Assembly (NCBI GenBank): GCA_030141605.1
Contig: JAQGDQ010000339.1
Span: forward strand, 186,001 to 250,000
DNA: 64,000 nt
Source: Tubiluchus corallicola
Lineage: Eukaryota > Animalia > Priapulida
Reading direction: 5' to 3'
Shown: positions 12,701 through 24,900 of the stretch, one piece after another
How the letters are laid out: each line of letters opens with the position of its first letter
How positions within the stretch are numbered: position 1 is the stretch's first letter
Program-made: the position numbers and the translations under genes
The notes under the pieces: model-generated
Seen by the model: the letters and a program-made list of their open reading frames with translations, nothing else
Databases searched by the model: none
What the model was told of the DNA's origin: nothing

Positions 12701-15700
12701 ATGTACTTAATAAGTTATTATTATTTCATAGCTTGTGACTTATTTAAGTAGTGATACACTATTTGCAGTTTGTTGTATTCGTGCCATATGTTTTGTACTT
12801 GATAATAGCAATGATAATCTTTCATCTTCCCAGCCTTTGACTTGTCATTAGCTGCAAGCTTGCATTTAAGAGAAAAATGATTTCAAAGCTTTGTTTACTG
12901 ATAAATACTTTTTGCTTGGATGAATATGCTAACTTTTAAGTGCATCTCAGTTTGCAAATCTTTCTAAGCGATATTCACAACAAAAACTTAATCCGTTTTT
13001 AAAAGCTATTATCTGTAAGATGATTACCTTGAATCCTAGCTAACAGGAGCCTGGTCACTCTAGAGGTCAGTCCAACAAAAATTATCTACATGGGTTTTTT
13101 GTATAAGCATTCCAAGATGACTGGCATAAATACTGACAACCAGGCGCCAGTCATTTAGGCAGAAATTATCCTGCATGCCTTTTTCTAGGATAATTTCAAG
13201 CAGCCATGATCGTTAAACTGTCGGTAAGCTTCTAGGGAAAATAGTAAAATAACGGAGGTAGGAAAGTAAAATTCTTTAAAGTATGCTCAATAATCCACAG
13301 CTCAAATGTCCACTACCCAAACGTTTGCTATCTATTATAGGGGTATAGCAATTCCCAGTTGTCATTTTGCAACAATGTTATTTAATCATTAAAATATACA
13401 ATTACAAGATATATTGACGTTTCTCCACTTTCATAATGCACTCTTCATATGATGACTGAGCAACTGTTCTAAAACTATTTAAAACAACGTCACTTACCAG
13501 ACAAGTTTGGAATACACATTCAAAATAAGTCAATAATTAAAATATATATGTCTATATATCTCCACTTTTGCGCTTGGTGTAGGTGGACCAATTTTATGAA
13601 ATGTGTTTCCATTATGAGCAAATCAAACTTATTATCCACAACAGAACATTATTTCCCTCCTTAACACAACAATGTTGCAGTTGTGTTAAAAAAAAACAGT
13701 GCACAATTAGGTTTCATATGCTCAATAATCCTGTACTGAAGTAGGTCTTCCACATATAAAATCTGTCACATCCATGACAGCGAATATTTACACACGACAT
13801 AGGGTGAAGCAAGTTTGGAATCAAGGCTAGCTTCTCTCACTCACAAAGCTACATAAAATGTTTAAATGCTGGTAAATATAACACGCACAGGTGTTTGCCT
13901 GAGTTTTTCGATAATAAGTAGCTCTTTACCTTACCTTACGATATTGCATGACTCAGAAATAAATGAAAATCTGATAACTTTTGTAACCATGTCAATGTCA
14001 CTTGATTTACAGGCAAAACGCAATAATTATTATAAAATTGTTCTTTCGGCGAATGCATGAAGCAGCTATGTTTTTCTAGGGCTAACTCTCGGCCAGTGTG
14101 ACCGTTTTGTATGAGGCTCATCGTATTGGAGGCTAAAAAGTATCGAATTTTCTGCCAAATCAGTGCATTAATGGCCAAGTAGTGTTACCGCTTATACACC
14201 ATAATTATCAGAACACAGATTCATGATACAAAAAAAGAAACTATACAATAATTATATGATAATTTAGTAATGCAAAACTAAGAAAAAACGTGTGACAAAA
14301 AATGTGCATTGAAATAATTTAAAACATTACTGCTAACCAGTGGGAAATATACAAACTTTGATTTCAACTGATTTTAAATATTCCTCGATTCAGTTTTAAA
14401 CAAGTTAAACATTCACAAAGCTTTAAAAAAAAATTTCCTCCCTCCCTACTGACATCTTTTGAGCTCATGAGGTAAGACAAAAACAATTTTTTGTGATCGG
14501 TCTGACTCACACGCAATAAAATCAACAATGAAGCACTTCCACTTACCCGATACAATTGACAATTGAGTGATGTCAGCTAGGGTCTATTACTGTAATCTTT
14601 TATTTCTAAACTTTTTATAATCACATTTTTACTGTCAAAAAAGAGACAGATAAACCTTTAACCTTTGACTTTCTAAGCTCCATTGCTGTATTCACAATCT
14701 TCAAAGATGTTAATAGATGTTCTACATTTCGCATAAATCGCATGAAAATCTGCTAGATAGGAAATAAATTGGGTGGTGTATTATCATCAAAAGATGAAAA
14801 TATCTTGGCCACGAAATTCATGTTTTTATGGACCTTCGGAAATGTTCAGACGACAGGCTGTCCAATGACTTCATCACCAAAGACAGTTTGCAGCAATAAT
14901 GCGAACGAACTGTACTATTGTATACTTAAAGAGAAAATTTGTACATTTAAAGCACAAGAAAACACTCCTTGTTAATAGAGCTTTAAAAAATTTATTAAAT
15001 ATTAAAATTTTGTTTCACTTACACGCTGTTACATACTTTAAATTACTTTATATAGTCAATAACACAATGTGCTTTTTGGTGAATTAGCGGTGCACACTGG
15101 GATGGTGATATAAAACTGTTTCACTAAGTGATGCCAATTTTTTAAGTCACACAAGTCTTGGAAACAAGTTAAAGGTAATGATAAATAATATAACGTTTGT
15201 ATGGAAAGTTCTTTGAGATATGCTTTAAAATTCTCTTTTACTCAGCTTTAAAGTAAATTCCGCCAATCCTTTCTTAAATCGCAAAATCTCGCACGCAGCT
15301 TATATTTTGCCAAGCCTACTATAGTCATGTATTACAGAATGCATTCAAAAAATATCATTTCGGGAATTTTTGTAAAAACTGTGCAACTTCAAAGACAACG
15401 TGAGAAAATTGTCGCAAATGAAGTTTCAAGTATACAGAAATTTTGAATGAAAGTCAAAATAATCTCCCGAAAATTGACTTATACTATAGACTAAATATGG
15501 CGAAAGTGAATAATGCAATTAATGATTAGAATGTCTGTGTGCTGATCAATCAATACCTTCCAGGACAGGCAAACGCCAGTTGCTATGTTCAGAACCTCTG
15601 TTTGAACTAAGGAATCCCCTGCCAGTTCCTCGATCTGTATTTGCAAATGAATTTCTTTGGTAGTCATTTGTCGATCGAAATGATCCGCTACCTGCGAAAT

Positions 15701-15797
15701 CTTTTAGCACGTGGTTAGCATTATTAGACTGAGTTCTTTGACTGCTAGTAGAGGAAGTTGGCGCATCCCAATCCTCTTCCTCGTCCCAGCCACTCAT
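9778..15797 (-). CDS. DDX43: DDX43/DDX53-like KH-domain DEAD-box RNA helicase, ~870 aa; exons 15797-15557 and 12149-9778
   Basis: The 810-aa ORF contains a Q motif (GFHTPSPIQ), AQTGTGKT, SPTRELAQQ, TPGRL, DEAD, SAT, ATDVASRGLD and HRVGRTGRAG, preceded by KH domains (IIGRGG). Exon 1 (MSGWDEEEDWD...) ends at GAAG|GTATTG in phase 1, which matches the acceptor tttttatag|AC at 12149. Confidence 0.9.
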
Positions 15798-16159
15798 TGT
15801 GACAATTGTGCGTAATGTCACAGAAAACTAAAACACCGCTTCTCAAAAATAAAAATTAAAACACACAGTGATACATATTAAACCCGTATTTCTATGATAG
15901 TTGACGGTTACTGTAGTCATTGGGCAAGCGGAGTTCTATTTTGACATTCGTTAAGTCAGTAAGACTGCTTCAAGTTATAGATACTTAAGCAGTCAAACAA
16001 ACCGTGTTCACAGCAGAAATAAATGAAACATTTCCAATTTCCACGTTAATTTCGCAAAGACCACGATCTTGATTAGCTCCAAGATTGCAGTGAATTCAAG
16101 ATATGCTAGCGACTCTCATTCAAAAGTGCACCATCTAACTACTTAGGAAACATAATTCA

Positions 16160-16193
<34 letters not shown>

Positions 16194-16449
16194 GATGGCA
16201 GCTAACTAACTAAAAATAATAATTTAATTTGATAAAATTTATTTGATAAATTTACATAGAATATTTAATTTATTGATAGTAATAACAATAATAATATCAA
16301 CAACAACAACAACAACAATAGCAATAACAGTAATACTAATAATAAAATAACGCAGGTTACTTAGAGGGAAATCTGGGGAAGTTAAGATTGTTTTAATGTT
16401 AGCGGAAGACAACGTATGCGACTCGTTTAACTAGTAAACTCACTTTGCA

Positions 16450-16870
16450 GTAGTGATCATTTCACGCTCCTGGGCTTCCATTTGAAAAACCATTCTCCCA
16501 CCAATGATGTTACACATCGACTGCAGAAAAACAGCACACTGTCAAGTTCCGCCAAAAAGTATACATTTTTCCGAAAGATTTGGAAGTTAAATTTTTTATT
16601 TTTATTTTTGCTAAAATAGTTAATAGGTAAATTTTTAATAGTTAAAATACTCAATAGTTAAATTTTTAACAATTTAACAATGCACTTACACAAAGTCGTT
16701 GCATCACTATTTTCAGATGAGTGGCGGTTACCGCTGAGCTTGAAAATTTCTTTATAATGGCAGTATAAATTAGCTTTATGCTGTACAAAGTTTTTTTTTG
16801 CACATTTCTTTGTTGTAATTTACTAAATATAAGTGATAACAGCAAAATAAATCCTACATGGTAAGTGACT
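16450..16870. mobile_element. Dispersed repeat; related copies at ~43200-43690 and ~47760-48210
   Basis: Shared gtgatcatttcacgc...cccatt...gaagaaaa..agc..gctgtc and the ending gataacag.aaaataaa..c. Confidence 0.6.
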
Positions 16871-17939
16871 TGGTCTTTTTATTTTAAAGTAAAAGCCTTT
16901 CGGCTTATTTCAATGTAAAATTTAGGGAAAATAACACCTTCCACTTGTAAACAACAATTCGCTGGGCACAAGTTTTTTAATAACATGTACCTGAAGAAAT
17001 CCTATCCCGAGCATTAGAAGCATGTACGTCTGAGACTTGGAAGTGTGGAAAATCTTTTGAGCTAACATGCCATAAACAAAGCTGCTGCATATTTTGTCTT
17101 TCAAAGACAATAACCAGTAGCAGTTTTGGAGATGTTGCACACATAGTGTGAATCAATAAAATACCCGAAGAGCGCATAATTGCACACAACTTGTTAATAA
17201 ACAATTTCAAAAGCCAAAAGTACTCACTACATGAGATTTAATGGTTTCGAATTTTCTACATTTTTGTAAATAAATGTGGCAAACAAGAACGGCAGCTTAA
17301 GTAATACTATACAATGAAAAAAATGTATTCAAAATATTAATTTATTATAAATTTATCACAACAGGGTGGAATGAAACAATACATTAATGATGTAAACAAG
17401 GATTATTAATAACCAAAACGAATTTTAACAATAACTCATTTAGCGTTACATAACACTGACTACTTCTGCTGAAAAAAATATTTTGAAAAACAATTAATTG
17501 TTTATTTTCACAAAAACAATAGGTTCAAAAAATGCATTACACTCAGTTCTTTCCAACAGAATAAATAAATATTTTTTTACAAGCAACACAGCAGGATTAT
17601 ACTGTTACAGATAAAAACTTTGAACTGCAACTAAATTTGTATCACACAGACTGAAGTGACAGCCCATATTGTGATATTACATTTCAAACTTCTTAGAATG
17701 CTAAAGGCTAAAAATTAGAGAAAGTGCAAAGAATTCAGTTCAACAATGTACAGTATGGAAACTATGAAAGGAATGAAATAGGTCGCTTTTAGACAATTTA
17801 ACTTTATTAGCAGTAACAATTTAACATTAGTACTTACTAAATGTGCACTTGCAAACCAAAACCATCCACAAGTTGGTACAATTAAACCTACATTATGATG
17901 CCTCAAAGTAGAATGACATGAAAATTCAGTCAAATGTCA

Positions 17940-18505
17940 TTTTTTGTTTTTTATAAAAACAAATGCCAAATATATTGAACTTTTATATTTGAGCATCAGA
18001 TTATCAAGAAAATGTTCAAAAAAGACTAAAAATTTAATCTTACAACCACGTAACCACTTTTCTGGCTAGAAACTAGTAATGCAATCGTAAATACTTGTAT
18101 TTTCAAACTCCAATAATAGCTCGTGGAAGCAGCCATTTTGCTTCAGGTTTTTGCAGTTACCAAGCCGAGATCTTCATCAGGAAGAGCCATCTGCTGGATT
18201 CAAACTTAGCTTCAATGTACTCTTGTAAAATCCATAGCAACCACATTTTCATACGGTTGCTAAGTGTTTTGTAGAAACGCGACAAAAAACAATGGCTAAC
18301 TTTAACAGCGGTTTTCTCAAGGTTATTTTTTCATTGCATAGCCTGCACCTCAACTTCAACGTAGATTATCTCAGCTTTCAAATAACATAGAGCGATGAGC
18401 TTGGTATTAAAATGATCCTCATGAAACAGAGATTCAAGGCATGTGAATAACTAGAAAAGGCTAATTGCTGACTTATTATGGATGATTTTGCTGTACATGC
18501 ACACA
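17940..18505 (-). mobile_element. MITE family A (TIR TGTGTGCTTGCA...), reverse copy; other copies at 24781-25180, 40291-40733, 62567-63169
   Basis: Reverse complement of the family core ctagttattcac..atc.tgaat...ctctatgttattt..aagctgagataat. Confidence 0.7.
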
Positions 18506-18619
18506 ATTTGATAAATCAATTTATTAATTGTTCAGTAAATCAAACAAAGATTAAATTCAGTGGGAATGGAATTTGAGGTGATCAAACACTTGTAAAAAAA
18601 GCCTAACTGATCTAATACA

Positions 18620-18958
18620 TCATTGATCAAGATTGACCTCTACTCTGCAGACAGGACATGTGGCATTATTCTGAAAAACAAAAGCAAGGCATTAGTGCAA
18701 AATAGATTTTGGGATTACCATTACCACTGCTTTTTCAAAACTGAGATTTTTTGAGCATAGACGATCGTTTCAACCGTAACAATCATTGTCAATACTATAA
18801 ATCAAGTCAAAATACTATAAGGAATAATTAGTACATTGACGGTACTAAGATACAAAGGCACAAAATGTCATTACAAATCTAAAGAGTAGAATTTAAATTG
18901 TCAAAATAAATGTGGATGTAATAGAAGAATGCAAAAAATAAACAAATAAAATTTACCT

Positions 18959-18996
<38 letters not shown>

Positions 18997-21900
18997 AGAT
19001 TCAGGGATCACAACACAATAAACAATTATTCTAAGTCTACATAATGAAGAACAACAGCAGTAAGTGTTATAAGAATAAAAACACAACTTCTACATATTTG
19101 CACAATTTAAAACAATGTGGTAAACACAATGCGGGAAACCTTTAGCATTCGAAAGCAACACAGAGACTAAATCCACAAGGACCTGATATTACAGAGTCAC
19201 AAGGACATTACTGAACCTGATAAAACAGAGTCAATCTGATTTGAAACACAGAAACGGATATCGTGCGACATGGTGCTACCGATCATAGTTAGGTGTTACG
19301 AATTGGGCAGTGCTTCATAACATACAAAGCCTTTTTATTTTTCTTTTATTTTATTACAAAAACACCAAACAACAATACAACACAGCAAAATACATTATGA
19401 TAACAAGGTATACATAGTTACATTAATTTCATAATAAAATTGACATGGTATGATATCTATATAAATTGTTGCTTGCATTATAGTCAGAAGCATTACTTGT
19501 GTGACTATAATGCAGTTAATGGTGCTAGTGTTAGAGTGCAAAAAAGGGAAGATAAAAAATGATGGAATGATAGTGGAGAATGCAGATGGAAATTAGTAGG
19601 ATTAGGTTAGTGAAATTATGTGAATGAGAATAAATATCAGATTGCTATTAGGACATGGCAAAAATATGTCAACATTTATGAACAGAAGTACGCTATGGGC
19701 CAGTCTGTCGCTTACCGTGATTCTGAACGTGCGTCTCATACTATACAAGCTTAATCTTTAATAAGAATTTAAGAATGAAGTTTTCAAACTTTTTTTTGAA
19801 TCTTGATAACGACAAAATTGACTTTATATTTGCAGGCATTTTGTTCCACATGGTAGGACCAGTAAATGTCTTTTCTGTATACAAGGATTCCCAGAGGCGG
19901 TATATTTTATGTACGAGTTTTTTTTTTGCTTAGGAATAGGTTTCTAAACTTTTAAATAGGATTTGAGCAAATGAGTAAGAGAATTTGCCATTAAATGATA
20001 ATTATTCACATAATTATCTAAAATTTATCAAAAGTTGCTAAATTTACCTTAATCCATTTGTCAATGCAACCCATGTGAAAATTGTGTAAGCAGGGAAGCA
20101 TCCGTAGTTTGTCTTTTCCTTTATACCTGTTGAGTACAATATATTTAATACCAATGATTCTGGCTAATTTCATCGACACTTTAGTCTTAGCTTTTTTCTA
20201 TAACAACCTGTGCGGTTGGATATATTTCACGATCATTGCCGGGTGAAATGTGCTGCCACCTATTAGCAGAAAGTAGAAATGCTATAGAAAAATTATGCTT
20301 GAACATACCTGTCCATACATATATTACAGGTTGAATCTTCTTCGCTCACCCCTGTGCGTTCTTCGTACGAGTGTGTCGGTAAAAGATTGATCTCTTCCCG
20401 GGTCAGTCCTCGCTGCACCACTTCACCTAGTTCCTCAGCTAAATCCCACAGTTGCTAAAATACAAAAACGTGCATTAACGACCGTTCACAACACAACTGA
20501 AAGCCACACAGTTAGTAATTAGACTGAGCGTTAATTAGCTTAATTACCCCACAACAGACCCTGTGCTAGACCGAGAAGACATCGGCGAAATTCATATGTG
20601 AACCTGTGGCTTTTGAATTAAATGGGAAAGAGACGAAATTTAAATTGCAACTCAGTTTAAGAGACGCCACGTTCTTCCCGCCCTGAATTGACCAAAGTCA
20701 TAGATAGTGATATCCAGCCTGGGTGCGACCAGGTGTGCTAACCTCTTCACTGTCGAGTAATTCGTATTGTAATTGGCATTGGGGACTATTATTAAAAAAA
20801 GAATTTGCTACTGCTACAGATATTACTACGGACACTACTACAGATTAACACAACATTTGCTACATCACAGTCAGTTTTGCTGTCAAAACTACCACTGTCA
20901 CCACCACCATAGCTACTGACACTACCTGCTGTCACTGTATGAGTTTGTATTTTTAGTGGTTAGATGGCGCTAGCCGCGTCGAGAGCGGTAAACAATAATC
21001 AATAGATAGTCGAATACATATGTGAACAATGTTTTTAAAATACAAGTAATGAGTACTGTGTTTACAAAATCCATACAAAAACCAAAATGAAGTTAAAATA
21101 GTCACTGCCGCAACTCCCCGTTGACACCATCAACAAGTACCACCATTTAAATCATGTTATTTCAAAAGTAGTTTTATTTTAGGTGGTATAATTCAAACCA
21201 GTTTAAACAAAAGTCACAACACAGCCTTCTGCAGCAAACATTCAGTAATAACAGAAATCTTTTCTGCAAGTTTTGTCCACTTTTTCCGGAAAATATAGGA
21301 ATTTTCCGACTTATATATTAACTTTTTGGTCAACAGAGGACAGCACCACTGTTTATTTTCAGTAGCTTGATTCATGAAGTGTACAGATATTACTGCTACT
21401 GGCATATGTGTCAGTTATTCTCATATTAAGCCTTACTGCACAGTCTTGCCATACAGACCAGCCAGAATCTTGTCATAGAGACGGAAAAGTGTTTAAACTT
21501 TAGAAGCCATTTCTGTGCAAATGTTAAGACTTAAAAGGCAAGAGAATAATAAACAATTCAATAATTTGTTCTCATGCTATAACATGGCTTCACATTAACC
21601 TGGCTTCACATTAGCAAACTATAAAAATTTAATACGTGCGGCATTTAGATTATTAAAATATCCATTTTTTCTTATACTCTGTAGCACTCGTAGCAAAATT
21701 ATGCACAGTCAGACAAAAATAAACTTGGGAAGAAAATATATACCCAACCATAGATACACTAGTCGCCGCTTAATAGATTCACGGTTAATAGACTTAATCG
21801 CTTAATTGACTCAAAAACGCCTGGAACGGGCCGCTTCTATTTAAATGTACACAAAAACTATCGGTAATTGATTCAAATGACTTTGCTTAATTGACTTAAT

Positions 21901-24900
21901 ATTTTTCCTTCACGTAATTAAAATGAGACATTTGTATGTGCCCAAACAGCCTTTCCTACTTTTATTGTATGTGCCCAAACAGCCTTTCCTACTTTTATTA
22001 TATGTGCCCAAACAGCCTTTCCTACTTTTATGTCATCTTTACTTCCCTTTTGTGCATTATGTATGCAGAAACAGTCATGTTAAGTACCATTTTGTTTGTA
22101 AACAGGCACATTTATCATGCGCTAATATGCTAGTGTAGCGGTTTTGCTTTGAATCTGTTACCCGCTCGCCCACTGCACTTAACCTCGTTACCTCTGCACT
22201 TTACACATTGCTGTTATTTTAAAGATTAGTGAAATTGAAGTAGTTGGTTGGGGTGAGCATTCTGTACCAGAAAGTGAATTTGAATCGAATCGGGGACTTT
22301 CGAATTGAGATTGAAAGATTTTACAAACTAGTTTACAAAATACAAGTAAAAATTAGTCTTACAAAGATCGTGCATATTGCTCGATGTTGTTCTGTAGTAA
22401 AACCACTAATGATTTATTTAAAATTGTGTACAGAATCACAGCTAAATCATGCTAATTGTAAGATGTTTCAAATGTTTTAATGATAAAGAACGTATGTGAT
22501 GGAAGTGCAGAATTATTCAAACTTATAGTTTCAGGTTTCGAATTCGAATAAAAAAAAACTTGTTCAAATTGAACTCAAACCTTCGATGCTCACCCCTATT
22601 GGCTGGATGTGAAAGAAAACAGTAGTATTAACTCATTAAATTAATAAAAGATACAAATTTCTGAATATCATTTTGAAACCACTAATTATCAATTAGACAA
22701 TATTCCTATTCATAAAGAAAACGAGTTTTAGTTAAAGTTAAATACAAGTTAAAAAAATTGGAAGAACAAAAATTTAAAAAACTTACATCGTAATTTTCGC
22801 TCGTTAAACTCTCGTTAATATAGTCGCCCCTGATGGAGCTTCTAATTCTCATTCCTCCTCTGCCTCGCGGCCTCCGACGACTTCTCCCGCGGGAATAGTG
22901 CCTAGATGGATTTTCTATGAAGATGTCCAGACCGGATCCTGCAAAAACCAATCAATGACCTAATCATCATTGAAGCAGATTTCATGCCAAGTTCAGACGA
23001 AGATTCGAGAATTTAACCGACATAAACAGCCATTACTGCATTTTTTCAAAATTTCAATGCTATTTTTTTACGTCGAGTCAAAATTCTAAATGGCTGTCCG
23101 TGCACCTTACTTTAACATCACAACGTAACTGTACCAAGAACTTCATCTGTTTGAAAGCCATAAGAAAATGAACATTTTTGGTGAAGTAAAGTAAGTAACT
23201 ACAGCATCCATACTGACATGCATATCAAATACACGCGCCAATGAAAATAGCCTCTACTGTTGTACTGTAATCGCTAATTTTTACATTTAGACTTTCAACT
23301 CAAAATGGGACGACATACTTGGAGCCCCTATGGCAAAGTGGTCTAAAAGTTACACAACGAGTTATCAATGAATGTATAGGATAAGATATCAGTGGATGTA
23401 TAGCGCGAACTATCAATGAATGTATAGGATAAGTTACCAATGAATGTATAGGATAAGTTACCAATGAATGTATAGGATAAGTTATCAAAGAATGTATAGG
23501 ATAAGATATCAGTGGATGTATAGCGCGAACTATCAATGAATGTATAGGATAAGTTACCAATGAATGTATAGGATAAGTTATCAATGGATGTATAGGATAA
23601 GTTACCAATGAATGTATAGGATAAGTTACCAATGAATGTATAGGATAAGTTATCAAAGAATGTATAGGATAAGTTACCAATGAATGTATAGGATGAGTTA
23701 TCAATGAATGTATAGGATGAGTTATCAATGAATGTATAGGATAAGTTACCAATGAATGTATAGGTTAAGTTATCAATGGATGTATAACGCAAGTTATCAA
23801 TGAATGTATAGGATACGTTATCAATGGATTTATAGCATGAGTTATCGATGAATGTATAGCACGAATTACCAATGAATGTATAAGATAAGTTATCAATGGA
23901 TGTATAGGATGAGTTATCAATGAATGTATAGGATAAGTTACCAATGAATGTATAGGTTAAGTTATCAATGGATGTATAACGCAAGTTATCAATGAATGTA
24001 TAGGATACGTTATCAATGGATTTATAGCATGAGTTATCAATGAATGTATAGCACGAATTACCAATGAATGTATAAGATAAGTTACCAATGAATGCATAGC
24101 ACGAATTATCAATGAATGTATAGGATAAGTTATCAATGGATGTATAGGATAAGTTATCAATGGATGTATAGGATAAGTTATCAATGATTGTATAGGATAA
24201 GTTATCAATGGATGTATAGGATAAGTTATCAATGGATATATAGGATAAGTTATTAATGTCAGGACAGCACTGATGAAGGTAATGAGACTCGTAGTACGTG
24301 TTCCTATAAGACCGTTGTCAATTTGTAAATTTGTCGGAAATGGTGCTGACAAACCAAGTTTTTTGCTGGTTTACTGCTGTATTTACTTGCCGTGGGGGGG
24401 GGGCAGATTTCTTTTATTTTAGACTGCCCACTGTCTACAAATAGACGTAATGGGGTTATGATGACGATTATGATGCATTTGCAAATGACCAATTTTCACA
24501 GAATAATTTTTTAACTTAACTATTTGCAAACTACGTAACAAAGACTGCTTAAGTAACAACAGCAAAGTGCAAAACAGTTATAAGGGAGGGACTTTTCTGC
24601 TATTCTTTCACAAATTAAAATTTCAAAAACCAAAAATTGTAGTCATATTTTTACAAAAGCAAAAAAGTGATGTAAACTAGTGATCTGAACAATAGTTAAT
24701 AGGTTATCCCACAGACCAAGTGAATATCTCCAAAATGTACTTAGTTCTCTCTTACTCACTTAGACTACCTCTCCACTAAATGTGCTTGCATAGCCATAAG
24801 TCGGTAGTTAAGCTTTTCTAGTCATTCACATATCCTGAATTTCCATTTCATGAGGATCATTTTGATACCAAGCTCATAGTTATGCTTAAATCCAGTAGAT

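Noticed and set aside
19290-19320. Minus-strand MKHCPIR as the end of the RING domain
   Set aside because: It lacks the final Cys and an acceptor; the proper exon (NNATCPVCR) is at 18670-18620.
23300-24352. 131-213-aa repetitive ORFs (TYPIHSLV / LSYTFIDN)
   Set aside because: They are products of a 24-bp tandem repeat, and the flanking RING exons already join in phase without them.
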